Below the pieces are notes generated by a model. The model searched no databases, was not told where the DNA came from, and saw nothing but the letters and a program-made list of their open reading frames with translations. Both the position numbers and the translations under genes were made by a program. Positions 21,610 to 31,409 of a DNA stretch of 46,068 bases are shown in pieces. The DNA comes from Escherichia phage vB_EcoP-720R6. Position 1 is the stretch's first letter, and every line of letters starts with the position of its first letter. Location of the stretch: sequence record ON470605; one strand, written 5' to 3'.

Positions 21610-22503
21610 TTATTTTTTTGCCTTTTTAGCGGCGAAATACGGCGTCCAGTCACCAGTTTCCAGCGCCTTGGCTTTCAGTTTGTCGAGGTTATTGATTACT
21701 GCGCCGTTGCTCCCCTTAACTGTCGGGGTTGTGGCTGCCGTGGTTTTTGCTTTTGGCATGATTCTGGCCTTAGATTCGATACGTTCCAGCAGACGACCGA
21801 TTGCTACGGGGTTGGTAGCTTCTGCCAGTTGCTTGCGCAGTTCAGCGTTGCGACCGAGCGCCAGAACAACGATTTCCGGCTTCTCTGACTCAAACAGGAT
21901 CGCGTTTTGTGTCTCGATGGGAATTTCCTCGAGTACGGCCTGCTCAGCTTCCTGATAGCCAGGAACTTTGAGAGCCTTAACACGTTGCTGATATTTGGAT
22001 AATCGCTCTTGATAAGCAGCCTGAAGCTCCTGCTCCTTCTGCTTGCGAGCCATCTCCTGTTGCTGGTACTTGCCGTTATCCTCTGCCCACTTAGCCATGC
22101 GTTGCTGATAGATTTCTTCATCGAAACCGATGTCCTCATCATCCAGTTTTGGCATTCGCGGTGGTTGAGTGATTACCGGCTGCTGCTCGACGGGTTTCTG
22201 AGACTGACGCATCAGCTCTTTCAGCTCGCGGTCTTTCTCTTTAATCGTCTTGCGCAGGTGTTTTACCAGTCCATGCTCTGCGCCATCTTCGCTGGTTGGC
22301 GAATCCAGCTTTTCGTCACCAAAGTAGAATTCCTGTTCTGATTCGTCGTCATCAGTTTCAGTAGCTTCCTCTGCATCATTGCCGGAGGACTCACTGCCAT
22401 CTTCTGTTTCGACTTCTTCAGCCAGTTCGACATCATCAGGAATCTGCTCTGATGTATCGGTTTCGATTTCAACTTCTGGTGTGTTTTCTGCCATCTGGTC
22501 CAT
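21610..22503 (-). CDS. Scaffolding protein
   Basis: 297 aa, acidic N-terminus, coiled-coil core, basic C-terminal tail ...FAAKKAKK; position between portal and coat. Confidence 0.7.
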   Translation of the reverse strand: MDQMAENTPEVEIETDTSEQIPDDVELAEEVETEDGSESSGNDAEEATETDDDESEQEFYFGDEKLDSPTSEDGAEHGLVKHLRKTIKEKDRELKELMRQSQKPVEQQPVITQPPRMPKLDDEDIGFDEEIYQQRMAKWAEDNGKYQQQEMARKQKEQELQAAYQERLSKYQQRVKALKVPGYQEAEQAVLEEIPIETQNAILFESEKPEIVVLALGRNAELRKQLAEATNPVAIGRLLERIESKARIMPKAKTTAATTPTVKGSNGAVINNLDKLKAKALETGDWTPYFAAKKAKK

Positions 22504-22593
22504 TTGTTACCCCTGTTTACTCGATGTTAAGCCCATCGGAAGGCAATAGGGTGCCAGGCCTCATAAAGACAGCCATTGCACGTTATGGGTTAA

Positions 22594-24792
22594 TTACTGC
22601 TGTGGTTGTTGCTGAGTTGATTTTTGCAGGATGCTGCTGATGTCCATGCGCTGCGCATGACCCTGTGCCTGACTTTTCAGGACAAGCTCTGCATCAGCAC
22701 GGGCATTGTCTCCTTGCTGTTGCTGGAACTGTCCGAGCAGTTTCAGAGCCTCGCGGATATCAGATTTCTGCTGGCTATCGGCAGATGCGAGGATTTTTAC
22801 AACGTTTGCCGCTGCAACCTGAGCATCAGTCTGTGCCTGGAATGCTTTAACCTGAATGGCTGCCTGTTCGTTCTGCGCTTTCTGCAATTCAGCCTGACCT
22901 GCAAGAAGCTGACCTTGCGCTGCAACCATAGCCGGATCTGGCTGACTGGCCTGTTGTTGTTTCGCCTGCTCAACCATCTGCTGTTCTTCTGGTGTTCTCG
23001 GCTTGATAACTCCAGACAGAAGCAACTGATTGCGGTTGTATTCTTTAAGGTCGTCCATCCCTTCGCCGTCCATATTGTCGAGAATCATCGACGATACAAG
23101 GTCGTGCTTCGGCGTTCCTGGTGGGATAAGTGCCAGCATGGAAAGTAACGACTTAACCGTTGCGTCACGGCGAGTAGCGAACGACTGACCGACATCGACA
23201 GTCACTTCATAGTTACCCTGCGAAAGGTCGTTAAGCGCGATAACCTGCCCTGTCTGACGGTCAACCACTTCACCAGTCATCAGCGCCACGTCATCGCTGC
23301 CGTCCTCATTAACGATACGCATCGGCGTATCACTGCCATAGACCTCACGCGCCATAGAAAGCCACACAACGCCAGCGCGACGCATGGATTTAGCCATGTT
23401 GTCCATGTAGATATAGGACTGCGTATCCATCCGGTTAAAGATACTATCAACGGTATCGGTAGCGACGTTGCTCGGCATATTCTCAAGCTGCGACGCACCT
23501 GTAATTTGCTGAATAGCCGTTCCGGTGTACTGCAATAGCCCGGCAAGAGCAGGAGGCATTTGTGTCGGAGGTGTATAACTGCTGACCTGAGCCTGCGCAG
23601 TAATATCTCCGTTTTTGTTTTTCAGACTGACCATCGGCAGGAACGCCGGGCGCTTTTTGTTGCGCTCCGCCCAATGAGTGGCGAGAGGACCAGGAATCAT
23701 GTCAACATCAACTACAGGAATGCCATCACCGCCAGCCTGAGTAGCGTTATCTGCAATCATGGAAACCATCAGGTTCTCAAGACGCTGTGCATCCATCGCT
23801 TTTGCAGCGTGGCCTTCGATTCGCTCCTGATTATCAACAAATGAGCGACGCCCATATACCGGGATGAGAGGAATATGTTCGCCCGGAATACGCTTCGGTT
23901 CTTCCAGCCATTCAGCGCCAGACAGAAGGCCGCAATAAACGCGGCGCTTCTTCACCGTTCGCTCGCCAATCAGTTCGAATGCACCATCGGTCAGCTCGTC
24001 GACAATATCTTTGATTTGCTCTTCATCATAGATTGCCGTTTCTCCGCTAACAGGGTTGCGCCACGCCGTGAGCTTCACCTTCTCTATGCGAACTTCGTAG
24101 TAACGTCCAACATAGATGGCGTCAGGCGTTGACCAGTCATACTGAGTACCAGTGTCATCCCGAGAAAGGCTTGCCGCAATGGAATCAGGGTATTCAGCCT
24201 CGAACGCTTTAGGCGTCATGGAGAACATTTCCATAGCCCACATAGCATCAGAGCGGTCATATTGTTTGCTGTCCTGATCGAAGAAGACGCATGTCGCTGG
24301 GTCGTAAACCGGGAGAAGGCTGATGCGGCGCTGCTCGTTACTCGGATCCATTTCATCTTCGTAATCGGCACACATGCGGAAACAACCGAATCCGCCCGTT
24401 ACGGCATCATCAAATGCGTTATCACACGCTTCGCCACCGGATGTTTCCTGATAGTCAGCGCGGAATTTGCCGTTCATCTTTTCGGCTAACGCTTCCGATG
24501 CCTTGTCGTCCTTCGGCCTGAATTTAACGCTGATGCGATTCTGTCGATACTCTCCAATGATGCGATCACATTCGCGGGCAATCTTATTCAGTTCAAAACG
24601 CGGATAATGCTCAAACCTGCCTTCATCAAATGAGTAACCAGCGTTTGTGCTGCCTTCCCACTGTGCGCCGGACACCCTGACGAAACGTTGAGCCTCAATA
24701 ATCTGCTCACGCATATCCTGCGTTGCTGACCAGGCATTATCAAAGTTGCACAGCACCTTGCGATGCCAGTCAGTCATCTTTTTTTCTGCCAT
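22594..24792 (-). CDS. Portal protein (P22 gp1-like)
   Basis: 732 aa; motifs AGEHIPLIPVYG, GVIKPRTPEEQQ and a Gln-rich C-terminal barrel-like tail resemble the P22 portal. Confidence 0.88.
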   Translation of the reverse strand: MAEKKMTDWHRKVLCNFDNAWSATQDMREQIIEAQRFVRVSGAQWEGSTNAGYSFDEGRFEHYPRFELNKIARECDRIIGEYRQNRISVKFRPKDDKASEALAEKMNGKFRADYQETSGGEACDNAFDDAVTGGFGCFRMCADYEDEMDPSNEQRRISLLPVYDPATCVFFDQDSKQYDRSDAMWAMEMFSMTPKAFEAEYPDSIAASLSRDDTGTQYDWSTPDAIYVGRYYEVRIEKVKLTAWRNPVSGETAIYDEEQIKDIVDELTDGAFELIGERTVKKRRVYCGLLSGAEWLEEPKRIPGEHIPLIPVYGRRSFVDNQERIEGHAAKAMDAQRLENLMVSMIADNATQAGGDGIPVVDVDMIPGPLATHWAERNKKRPAFLPMVSLKNKNGDITAQAQVSSYTPPTQMPPALAGLLQYTGTAIQQITGASQLENMPSNVATDTVDSIFNRMDTQSYIYMDNMAKSMRRAGVVWLSMAREVYGSDTPMRIVNEDGSDDVALMTGEVVDRQTGQVIALNDLSQGNYEVTVDVGQSFATRRDATVKSLLSMLALIPPGTPKHDLVSSMILDNMDGEGMDDLKEYNRNQLLLSGVIKPRTPEEQQMVEQAKQQQASQPDPAMVAAQGQLLAGQAELQKAQNEQAAIQVKAFQAQTDAQVAAANVVKILASADSQQKSDIREALKLLGQFQQQQGDNARADAELVLKSQAQGHAQRMDISSILQKSTQQQPQQ

Positions 24793-24793
24793 A

Positions 24794-26209
24794 TCAACCT
24801 ACACCACAAGGAATTGAGTAACTGGAATAGTCGGGTTGCGCAGCCGACTCCGGGCAATGCATACACATCATCAGCGCATCAGCCAGGTTAGGAGATGGAA
24901 TACCGAGCTTCTGCTTCATTTCGACCTTAGTCATTAGCTCCAGCTTCCCGTTGTTATTGAATTTGCGCTGAATCTGCGTCAGTTCTGCAAACAGCTTCTC
25001 CAGCATCTTCTCGCCTATCGCTTCTTTGTCGAAACTCAGCATGTCGTCGGGGTCTGCATACTCACCGTGAACAACCGCCCGATATGTCAGATACAGCCTG
25101 TCAGCCAGCGCGTAATAGAATTGCGCTCGCTTATTGCGGAATACATCGCCAATAGTGCGAACGTTGTCGCCCTGCACGACTTCATCAGCCCATGCTCCGG
25201 CCTGATACGGCGCATCTTCATCGAATGGCGATTCGCTGCCCTTGAACATCGTGGCGGTGATTTTCTTGCCGGAGAACGCTTCCGTTGTCTGTCTGCGTAG
25301 CCCGGCACCAACACCATCACCATCCCACAGGTAGTGGTCAGCGCCGTCTTCAATCGCCAGCGAAGTAGCCCAGTCAGCACCATCGTTGATGTCCATCAGC
25401 AGACCTTCGGCAATGCGCTTAACTACCGAACCGTGGCGCGATGCGTAACCTTTAGCATCTGGCCCTGTATCTGACGGGTCATGCGCAGAAACAACAGCGC
25501 CTTTCGCTTTCCATCCGAGTTTCTTGTGCGCATCAGTTGCAGCTTCAAGCCATTCACGTTTGATGATTGCCATATCACTTGCGCTTACTGGCTCACCAAG
25601 CCAGATGTGACGATACAGTGTCGGATTTCTGCGTTTACACTCTTCCATCTCCAGACGGAGGACTTCAGGAAAGTGCGGGTTGTCGGTGTAGTTCACCGTC
25701 AGCAGGCAAATGTCATCGGGAGGATTTACGACGAATCGCTGATAGGTATCGTCGAGGATGTTTTTCGGGTTGAAGCTCACCCATATTTCGGAAAATGGCT
25801 TGCGGATGGTTGGAATCAGGATATCCCATGATTCCTTCGTTACCGCTTCCGCTTCTTCCACCCAGCAGATATCAATGCCTTCGAGCGATTTAATCTTCGT
25901 CGGGTTGTTTTTGATGCCGTAGAACATGAATTCAGCGTTCGTTCCGAGATGACGAATCATTGAACGCTGAATTTCAAACTCAGCCGTATACCCTTCACGC
26001 TCTATGGTGTCTTCAAGCAGCCGGATTACCGAATCGCTGATACTGTTTTGCAGTTCACGAGCGCAGAGAATACGCACTGGCTGCCGACGCGCCGCTTCAA
26101 CAAGCAGTCTCGCAATTGCCCATGATTTACCGCTACCTCGACCGCCTTTGGCGACTTTGTAGCGATGCGCCTCAATGAACGGTTCAAAGATAGGATTAAT
26201 CGAGGTCAT
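24794..26209 (-). CDS. Terminase large subunit
   Basis: 471 aa; Walker A KGGRGSGKS near the N-terminus; follows TerS and precedes portal. Confidence 0.88.
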   Translation of the reverse strand: MTSINPIFEPFIEAHRYKVAKGGRGSGKSWAIARLLVEAARRQPVRILCARELQNSISDSVIRLLEDTIEREGYTAEFEIQRSMIRHLGTNAEFMFYGIKNNPTKIKSLEGIDICWVEEAEAVTKESWDILIPTIRKPFSEIWVSFNPKNILDDTYQRFVVNPPDDICLLTVNYTDNPHFPEVLRLEMEECKRRNPTLYRHIWLGEPVSASDMAIIKREWLEAATDAHKKLGWKAKGAVVSAHDPSDTGPDAKGYASRHGSVVKRIAEGLLMDINDGADWATSLAIEDGADHYLWDGDGVGAGLRRQTTEAFSGKKITATMFKGSESPFDEDAPYQAGAWADEVVQGDNVRTIGDVFRNKRAQFYYALADRLYLTYRAVVHGEYADPDDMLSFDKEAIGEKMLEKLFAELTQIQRKFNNNGKLELMTKVEMKQKLGIPSPNLADALMMCMHCPESAAQPDYSSYSIPCGVG

Positions 26210-26646
26210 TTTCCGAATAGAGTGCTCATCGGTGATGTTTCAATCTGGATTGCGCCGCCGTCTTTGCCTGTTAGCTCGTGATCAACCTTGTCGCGCCATT
26301 TATCCTTCTGTCGGTTCTTAAGCCAGAAGATGGCGGCGGTTGTATCAGGCGGGTAATACTTCTCAAGCGGAGTTTCGACAATTCTGTTTTCAATAACACG
26401 AATATCGATGTCTGGAGCCACGAAGCCCATAGCGCGTTGATAAAGACGATCACTAACTTCTGCATCAGCGACGGCCTTACCCTTTTTTATAGACTCCGAA
26501 AACTTAGGATAATCAAGCTTCCACTTGTTAATAGTTGACTCACTGACTTCGAAGAAATCAGCAAGCTCTGCATCGGTGTAGCCCAGCAAGCACAGTTTGC
26601 GTGCCTGTTCGGCGTACGCCTCTTGATACTTTGTTGGGCGCGCCAT
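26206..26646 (-). CDS. Terminase small subunit (HTH DNA-binding)
   Basis: 146 aa; N-terminal HTH segment GYTDAELADFFEVSESTINKWK; overlaps the TerL start. Confidence 0.7.
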   Translation of the reverse strand: MARPTKYQEAYAEQARKLCLLGYTDAELADFFEVSESTINKWKLDYPKFSESIKKGKAVADAEVSDRLYQRAMGFVAPDIDIRVIENRIVETPLEKYYPPDTTAAIFWLKNRQKDKWRDKVDHELTGKDGGAIQIETSPMSTLFGK

Positions 26647-26648
26647 GT

Positions 26649-26891
26649 TTATGCTCCGGTGGTGAACAGGTCTAACGCTTCCTTCGATTTACGTACCGCT
26701 TCGATAGTGCGGGTCGTGATATCTGAATTAGCGCCGCCTGACTGGAAGTGAATTTTGAATAGCTCAAGCTTCAGCTCGTCAGTGCCGATGAATTGAAATG
26801 CTTCTTCTGCGGCTGCGTTCTGGTTCATGACCAGCTTGTAAATCTCTAACTGGAATTTCTGTTCTTCAGTCATGGGAATAATCTCTGCCAT
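26649..26891 (-). CDS. Small hypothetical protein upstream of terminase
   Basis: 80 aa MAEIIPMTEEQKFQLEIYKLVMNQ...; tightly packed just before TerS. Confidence 0.5.
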   Translation of the reverse strand: MAEIIPMTEEQKFQLEIYKLVMNQNAAAEEAFQFIGTDELKLELFKIHFQSGGANSDITTRTIEAVRKSKEALDLFTTGA

Positions 26892-27118
26892 TGTTGGCTC
26901 CGTTTATCCGTTAAAAGGGATATCAGTTAAGTTATCCCGTGTAGGGTATAAGCCATTGTCGAGACCACTCATTGAATGGTCTCTGCAATAACCGATGTCT
27001 TTCCATCAGTCCGCCACCACAAAGAATCTTTTTTGCCATAAGGCTGGAGGTTCATCTTTCAGTGGCTGCCAGTGTTATTTCCCCACTTACTGGCTTGGGT
27101 TGCTTCGTGGTACTGCTG

Positions 27119-27661
27119 TTAATTAGTGAGTCCGGGGATTACGGTTTGCCCGTGCTGTTCAAGGCGTTCAATTCTCGCCAGCAGCTGAGGCTTCTTAATT
27201 TTTCCCCAGCGATTAAGCAGGCGGCCTGACATGCTGGCAACATCCTTCTCTTTCATGTACTCCAGCATTACGGCATTTCTCTCTTCTTCAAATTGACGAT
27301 GACCAACCTGAAGCATGGCGTACATCCAGTTGAATGCGTTGATGTAAGCAATTTTGATACGCATTGCTTCTTTTTTGGTGTAGGACATAACCAAAAGCAT
27401 CAACCCATCCTTGCGGAGACGGTAGAATTTTTGCGGCTTACCATTCTGTAACTCATTGTTTTTATAGCAAAGCTCAAAGTTGAGCTTTGTATCAAACTCA
27501 GGAGGGCAAGCTTCTATGGTTCGCTCAATGTCACGGACTACGTTCTTCGGCAGCTTTCCAAATGCTTTTGCCACCATAAAAGAATCTGTAACCGGATCGT
27601 TGTTTGCTACAAAAATTAGGTCTCTGAAATCTATATCGTTAACAACGGTTGGGTAGTTCAT
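27119..27661 (-). CDS. Rha-family phage regulatory protein
   Basis: 180 aa; N-terminal Rha-like motif NDPVTDSFMVAKAFGKLPKNVVRDIER. Confidence 0.65.
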   Translation of the reverse strand: MNYPTVVNDIDFRDLIFVANNDPVTDSFMVAKAFGKLPKNVVRDIERTIEACPPEFDTKLNFELCYKNNELQNGKPQKFYRLRKDGLMLLVMSYTKKEAMRIKIAYINAFNWMYAMLQVGHRQFEEERNAVMLEYMKEKDVASMSGRLLNRWGKIKKPQLLARIERLEQHGQTVIPGLTN

Positions 27662-27809
27662 TGCGTCTTTACCTTTTAGAAAGATGAGCCTGTTCGCACA
27701 GAAAAGCCGTCCCCGAGATGGTCGCCACCATATACGGCAATTCTCAGGCTCAGCTTTCTGAAAGACTCGGGATTGTTACGCGCTGCGATGCGCGGTTTAC
27801 TGCAGATGT

Positions 27810-27833
27810 AAAAAAGCCCCGCAAATGCGAGGC
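27810..27833 (-). terminator. Intrinsic terminator-like hairpin between Rz and the Rha-like gene
   Basis: Minus strand reads CCTCGC-attt-GCGGGG followed by CTTTTTT. Confidence 0.4.
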
Positions 27834-28007
27834 TAAATCCTGGTATTTGTAATGACTGGCTCTTATCTCAACGCAGCCCCTTACCGCGCGCCAGATGCTC
27901 AATATCAAGCATCAGCAATGAGATGTTTAATCTGGATTCACTCCAGAAGTGATCACCACCCTGTCTACAGAGCCAGATGTGAAGGATGATGAGTAAAATT
28001 ATCGCTA

Positions 28008-28445
28008 TCATCGAAGGCATTGCGTCCTGATGTATTCCTGCAGGTAGTTAACCTGCGCGGTTATCCTGTCTATTCCGCTTCGGAGACGGTAATAATTGAG
28101 TTCAGCATCTGCTGTAAGTCTTGGGCTTTCTCCATCGCCCATGCTGCTGGCTCCGGTCGTTGACTTTGCACAGGTGGCGGAGACTTGCAGGCGCTTACGA
28201 CCAGCAGAAACATCAGCACGGAGACTTTCGATAGTCGCGTTAGCATCAGCAAGCTCCTTTGTATATCTGGCGTCGAGTTCTGCTACATCACGTTGACGCT
28301 TCTGCATGTCAGCGATGATGGATGTGGCTTTATCGCGCTGCTCTTTGTAGGCGATGGCGTTATCACGGTAATGATTAACCGCCCATGACAGGCAGACGAT
28401 GATGCAGATAACCAGAGCGGAGATAATCGCGGTTACTCTGCTCAT
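28008..28445 (-). CDS. Rz: Spanin, inner membrane subunit (Rz)
   Basis: 145 aa; N-terminal TM segment [30 protein letters not shown] lambda-like, remainder divergent coiled-coil. Confidence 0.85.
   Translation of the reverse strand: MSRVTAIISALVICIIVCLSWAVNHYRDNAIAYKEQRDKATSIIADMQKRQRDVAELDARYTKELADANATIESLRADVSAGRKRLQVSATCAKSTTGASSMGDGESPRLTADAELNYYRLRSGIDRITAQVNYLQEYIRTQCLR
28070..28252 (-). CDS. Rz1: Spanin, outer membrane lipoprotein subunit (Rz1), embedded in Rz in another frame
   Basis: 60 aa, lipobox LVVSAC, Pro-rich [16 protein letters not shown]; wholly inside Rz. Confidence 0.7.
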   Translation of the reverse strand: MLMLTRLSKVSVLMFLLVVSACKSPPPVQSQRPEPAAWAMEKAQDLQQMLNSIITVSEAE

Positions 28446-28918
28446 ACCTCAATCTCTCTGACCGTTCCGCCAGCTTCTTTGAATTTTGCAATCAGGCTGT
28501 CAGCCTTATGCTCGAACTGACCATAACCAGCGCCCGGCAGTGAAGCCCAGATATTGCTGCAACGGTCGATTGCCTGACGAATGTCACCGCGATCAATCAT
28601 CGGTAAAGCGCCACGTTCTTTAATCTGCTGCAGCGCAACAGCGTCCTGGCTTTTCGGAGAGAAGTCTTTCAGGCCAAGCTGCTTGCGATAAGCATCCCAC
28701 CAACGGGAAAGAAGCTGGTAACGTCCGGCGGCTGTTGATTTTAGTTTTGGGTTTAGTGTGACAAGTTTGCGAGGGTGATCGGAGTAATCAGTGAATAGCT
28801 CTCCGCCCACAATGACGTCATAACCATAATTTCTGGTTTTCTGACGTCCGTTATCAGTTCCCTCTGACCACGCCAGCATATCGAGGAACGCCTTACGTTG
28901 ATTATTGATTTCCACCAT
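28442..28918 (-). CDS. R: Endolysin (lambda R-type lytic transglycosylase)
   Basis: 158 aa [30 protein letters not shown]... near-identical to lambda R as recalled. Confidence 0.93.
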   Translation of the reverse strand: MVEINNQRKAFLDMLAWSEGTDNGRQKTRNYGYDVIVGGELFTDYSDHPRKLVTLNPKLKSTAAGRYQLLSRWWDAYRKQLGLKDFSPKSQDAVALQQIKERGALPMIDRGDIRQAIDRCSNIWASLPGAGYGQFEHKADSLIAKFKEAGGTVREIEV

Positions 28919-29225
28919 CTTCTACTCCGGCTTTTTTAGCAGCGAAGCGTTTGATAAGCGAACCAATCGAGTCAGTACCGATGTAGCCGATGAACACGCT
29001 CGTTATATAAGCGAGATTGCTACTTAGTCCGGCGAAGTCGAGAAGGTCACGAATGAACCAGGCGATAATGGCGCACATCGTTGCGTCGATTACTGTTTTT
29101 GTAAACGCACCGCCATTATATCTGCCGCGAAGGTACGCCATCGCAAACGCAAGGATTGCCCCGATGCCTTGTTCCTTTGCCGCGAGAATGGCGGCTAACA
29201 GGTCATGTTTTTCTGGCATCTTCAT
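28902..29225 (-). CDS. S: Holin (lambda S-type, dual-start MKM)
   Basis: 107 aa [43 protein letters not shown]... near-identical to lambda S as recalled. Confidence 0.93.
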   Translation of the reverse strand: MKMPEKHDLLAAILAAKEQGIGAILAFAMAYLRGRYNGGAFTKTVIDATMCAIIAWFIRDLLDFAGLSSNLAYITSVFIGYIGTDSIGSLIKRFAAKKAGVEDGGNQ

Positions 29226-29466
29226 GTCTTACCCCCAATAAGGGGATTTGCTCTATTTAATTAGGAATAAGGTCGATTACTGATAGAACAAATCCAGGCT
29301 ACTGTGTTTAGTAATCAGATTTGTTCGTGACCGATATGCACGGGCAAAACGGCAGGAGGTTGTTAGCGCAACCTCATGCCACCCGCTTTCACGAGGTCAT
29401 GTGTAGAAGGCCGCAGCGTAACTATCACTGATGAATTCAGGATAGCCAGTGGCTACGGCTCAGTTA

Positions 29467-29542
29467 TGGTGCTGGTTAACGGACTTGAACCGCTACCCAT
29501 TCGCTTACAAGGCGACTGCTCTACCATTGGAGCTAAACCAGC
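29467..29542 (-). tRNA. tRNA-Thr (anticodon UGU), CCA encoded
   Basis: Manual cloverleaf: acceptor GCTGGTT/AACCAGC, D-arm GCTC-CAATGGTA-GAGC, anticodon loop CTTGTAA, T-arm with TTCAAGT loop, discriminator A then CCA. Confidence 0.7.
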
Positions 29543-29547
29543 ATATT

Positions 29548-29622
29548 TGGCGGGACAGCGTGGACTCGAACCACGATAAGAAGGTTAACAGCCTTCCGTA
29601 ATGACCTTTATACGACTGACCC
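29548..29622 (-). tRNA. tRNA-Asn (anticodon GUU), CCA encoded; one acceptor-stem mismatch
   Basis: Manual cloverleaf: anticodon stem GAAGG/CCTTC with loop CTGTTAA, T-arm CGTGG-TTCGAGT-CCACG, acceptor GGGTCAG/CTGTCCC with U4-U69 mismatch, 3-bp D-stem; 5 nt from tRNA-Thr. Confidence 0.6.
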
Positions 29623-29685
29623 AAATAAAAAAAGCCACCGTTGCAACTTAAGAGTCACTAACGGCAGCTTACCCTCTAATTATGG

Positions 29686-30204
29686 CTAAATGGCTAATTG
29701 CATTTCAAGGCTTTTAACAGCAACATGCTTAACTTTCTCAACACGTTTACGCATTTTGAAAGCATTTTGCATTGGTTGGTACAAAACAAATAACGACGCT
29801 TTCAGGATGTCGTCAATTTCGTTTCTACAGGTTGCCAGTGAAGGCTTTCTCCATCCCTCGCCACCACGTCCACACATCTTGCGTGGCTTTGCAGTCGCGT
29901 GATAGTAGGATGCAATTGCTCGCTTAGATGAACCATGAGCGTAGTAGCTGAGGAGGATTCCAAAGGCTTTCTTGTCAATGCACATGACGGAATCGACGAC
30001 CTGAGAAATCAACATTCCATCATCATCATTACACATTGGCCTTGTCATAACTCTTCCCGGCTCTACGCTCTCCATGAACTTCGCTATTACGCTGCTCATG
30101 CGCTTTTCCAGACGACCTGAATAAACCCATGCGCCCCACAGTTCAAGCCAGCCATTCAGCCACTCGTGCTGCTCTTTGGTGAGGTTTAGTTCTCTTATGC
30201 TCAT
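29686..30204 (-). CDS. Late-gene antiterminator Q (non-lambda family)
   Basis: 172 aa; motifs WLELWGAWVY and RPMCNDDDGMLISQVVD typical of the phage-82/QuuD-type Q family; directly upstream of the late region. Confidence 0.75.
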   Translation of the reverse strand: MSIRELNLTKEQHEWLNGWLELWGAWVYSGRLEKRMSSVIAKFMESVEPGRVMTRPMCNDDDGMLISQVVDSVMCIDKKAFGILLSYYAHGSSKRAIASYYHATAKPRKMCGRGGEGWRKPSLATCRNEIDDILKASLFVLYQPMQNAFKMRKRVEKVKHVAVKSLEMQLAI

Positions 30205-30389
30205 CGTCTTCCCCTCTTGCCTTGTTTGACCATCAGGACGCCGTTAACTATTACGTGACGCTCACCTTTGCTGTCTCGGTTGTACTTGAGCACTGTTCCT
30301 CTTGCGCAGGAAAGCATCCTCGCCACTTCGGTCTGATTGCCTCGTGTCTGGATAAGAAGCTCTGGTATCGTTTGAATTGTGGCGTTCAT
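30201..30389 (-). CDS. ninH: NinH-like protein
   Basis: 62 aa MNATIQTIPELLIQTRGNQTEVARMLSCARGTVLKY... resembles lambda NinH. Confidence 0.7.
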   Translation of the reverse strand: MNATIQTIPELLIQTRGNQTEVARMLSCARGTVLKYNRDSKGERHVIVNGVLMVKQGKRGRR

Positions 30390-30748
30390 ACGTTCTCCAG
30401 TTCGGTGATTTTTATTCCAAGCCGTCCGCCTGGTACTTTCACACCACGAATTACGCGAATGTCATCGAATTGCTCGTCGTCTTCCGCAAATCCGGCGTGG
30501 ATAAGGGAGTCGAGTAAACCTTTCATGATGTTATCGAGGTCGCGGCGGCGGGAGTCTGGAACGTCTGCGATTACTTTGATGCGGAGTCGTGATTTGGTGA
30601 AAATGTCTAACTTAAGTTGGCGGATGATTTGCTGAACGTCTTTTCGGTATTTCTGGCCTTTATCGCTGATGTAGTATTGGCTTCCTCGTCTTCGCCAGTA
30701 GGTATTCACCGACGGCGGGTATGGAAGCACAAACTGATATTCGTTCAT
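30386..30748 (-). CDS. rusA: Holliday junction resolvase RusA
   Basis: 120 aa MNEYQFVLPYPPSVNTYWRRRG...RRRDLDN...GGRLGIKITELENV; RusA signature. Confidence 0.88.
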   Translation of the reverse strand: MNEYQFVLPYPPSVNTYWRRRGSQYYISDKGQKYRKDVQQIIRQLKLDIFTKSRLRIKVIADVPDSRRRDLDNIMKGLLDSLIHAGFAEDDEQFDDIRVIRGVKVPGGRLGIKITELENV

Positions 30749-31035
30749 GGCTTAATCTTTCCCTCCTTCAGCAGTATCGCCTGCGTCCTGATCACGCCTT
30801 CGAGGTGGTAAAGTCTGGCGTCTTTGTTGTCGAGATTATGGGTGCGTCGGTCGATTTCATCGTGACACGCGCTACAAGCCCATGCGCCGATCAGGTCGTC
30901 AGGCTTCATTCCCGTTCCGCAAATTCCAGCCATCCGGTAATGTGCCAGAACTGTAGTTTCAGGATTACCATTGCATACGCCGTAAATACGTACCTGGCAT
31001 TCTCTGCCGCGCGCTTCTTTGCGTAGGTTAGCCAT
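30745..31035 (-). CDS. Nin-region protein, YbcO/DUF1364-like (Cys-rich)
   Basis: 96 aa MANLRKEARGRECQVRIYGVCNGNPETTVLAHY...CSACHDEIDRR; sits immediately upstream of rusA. Confidence 0.6.
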   Translation of the reverse strand: MANLRKEARGRECQVRIYGVCNGNPETTVLAHYRMAGICGTGMKPDDLIGAWACSACHDEIDRRTHNLDNKDARLYHLEGVIRTQAILLKEGKIKP

Positions 31036-31240
31036 TTACCTTCCCTCGCAATTGAAGAATTGACTGAAGGTCTTTTTTAATAAATATGCGAGTGCGAATT
31101 GAGCAGTAGTTTTCCTTCATTCTGGCGTAGTAATAGTCCTTTCTTTGCTTAAGCTTGTTGGCATCCGCTGTCATCCAGTCTTTTACAGCAAACTTAATTA
31201 ACCAGCGGTGGCAGAGATACCATTTCAGGTAATCACTCAT
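31028..31240 (-). CDS. Hypothetical nin-region protein
   Basis: 70 aa; ATG overlaps the stop of the upstream NinF-like gene (ATGAGTGA). Confidence 0.4.
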   Translation of the reverse strand: MSDYLKWYLCHRWLIKFAVKDWMTADANKLKQRKDYYYARMKENYCSIRTRIFIKKDLQSILQLRGKVNG

Positions 31241-31409
31241 CGTCTTCTTCCTCGTACATTGAGCTATTCGGATCGCTCATCAGTTCTGCGCAGCAATCGG
31301 AGCACACGTGAACTTCCAGCACATGCAGCTTCTGACCGCAGTTAGCGCACGTTAAAGCTCGCTCGACGCTTTCTTTCTGGTATTGAATGGATTGGGATGG
31401 GCTAAGCAT
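31233..31409 (-). CDS. NinF-like small Cys-rich protein
   Basis: 58 aa, below the ORF-track cutoff; hand translation [58 protein letters not shown]; ATG overlaps upstream stop (TAATG). Confidence 0.55.
   Translation of the reverse strand: MLSPSQSIQYQKESVERALTCANCGQKLHVLEVHVCSDCCAELMSDPNSSMYEEEDDE

Noticed and set aside
29380-29466. Possible third tRNA downstream of tRNA-Thr
   Set aside because: No cloverleaf could be folded (no T-loop, no matching acceptor stem); the sequence looks like lambda late-leader DNA with a simple hairpin around 29421-29446.
29226-29685. Toxin or virulence cargo downstream of the phage tRNAs (as in Stx phages)
   Set aside because: No open reading frame of useful length exists between the tRNAs and S; the interval is late-leader sequence.
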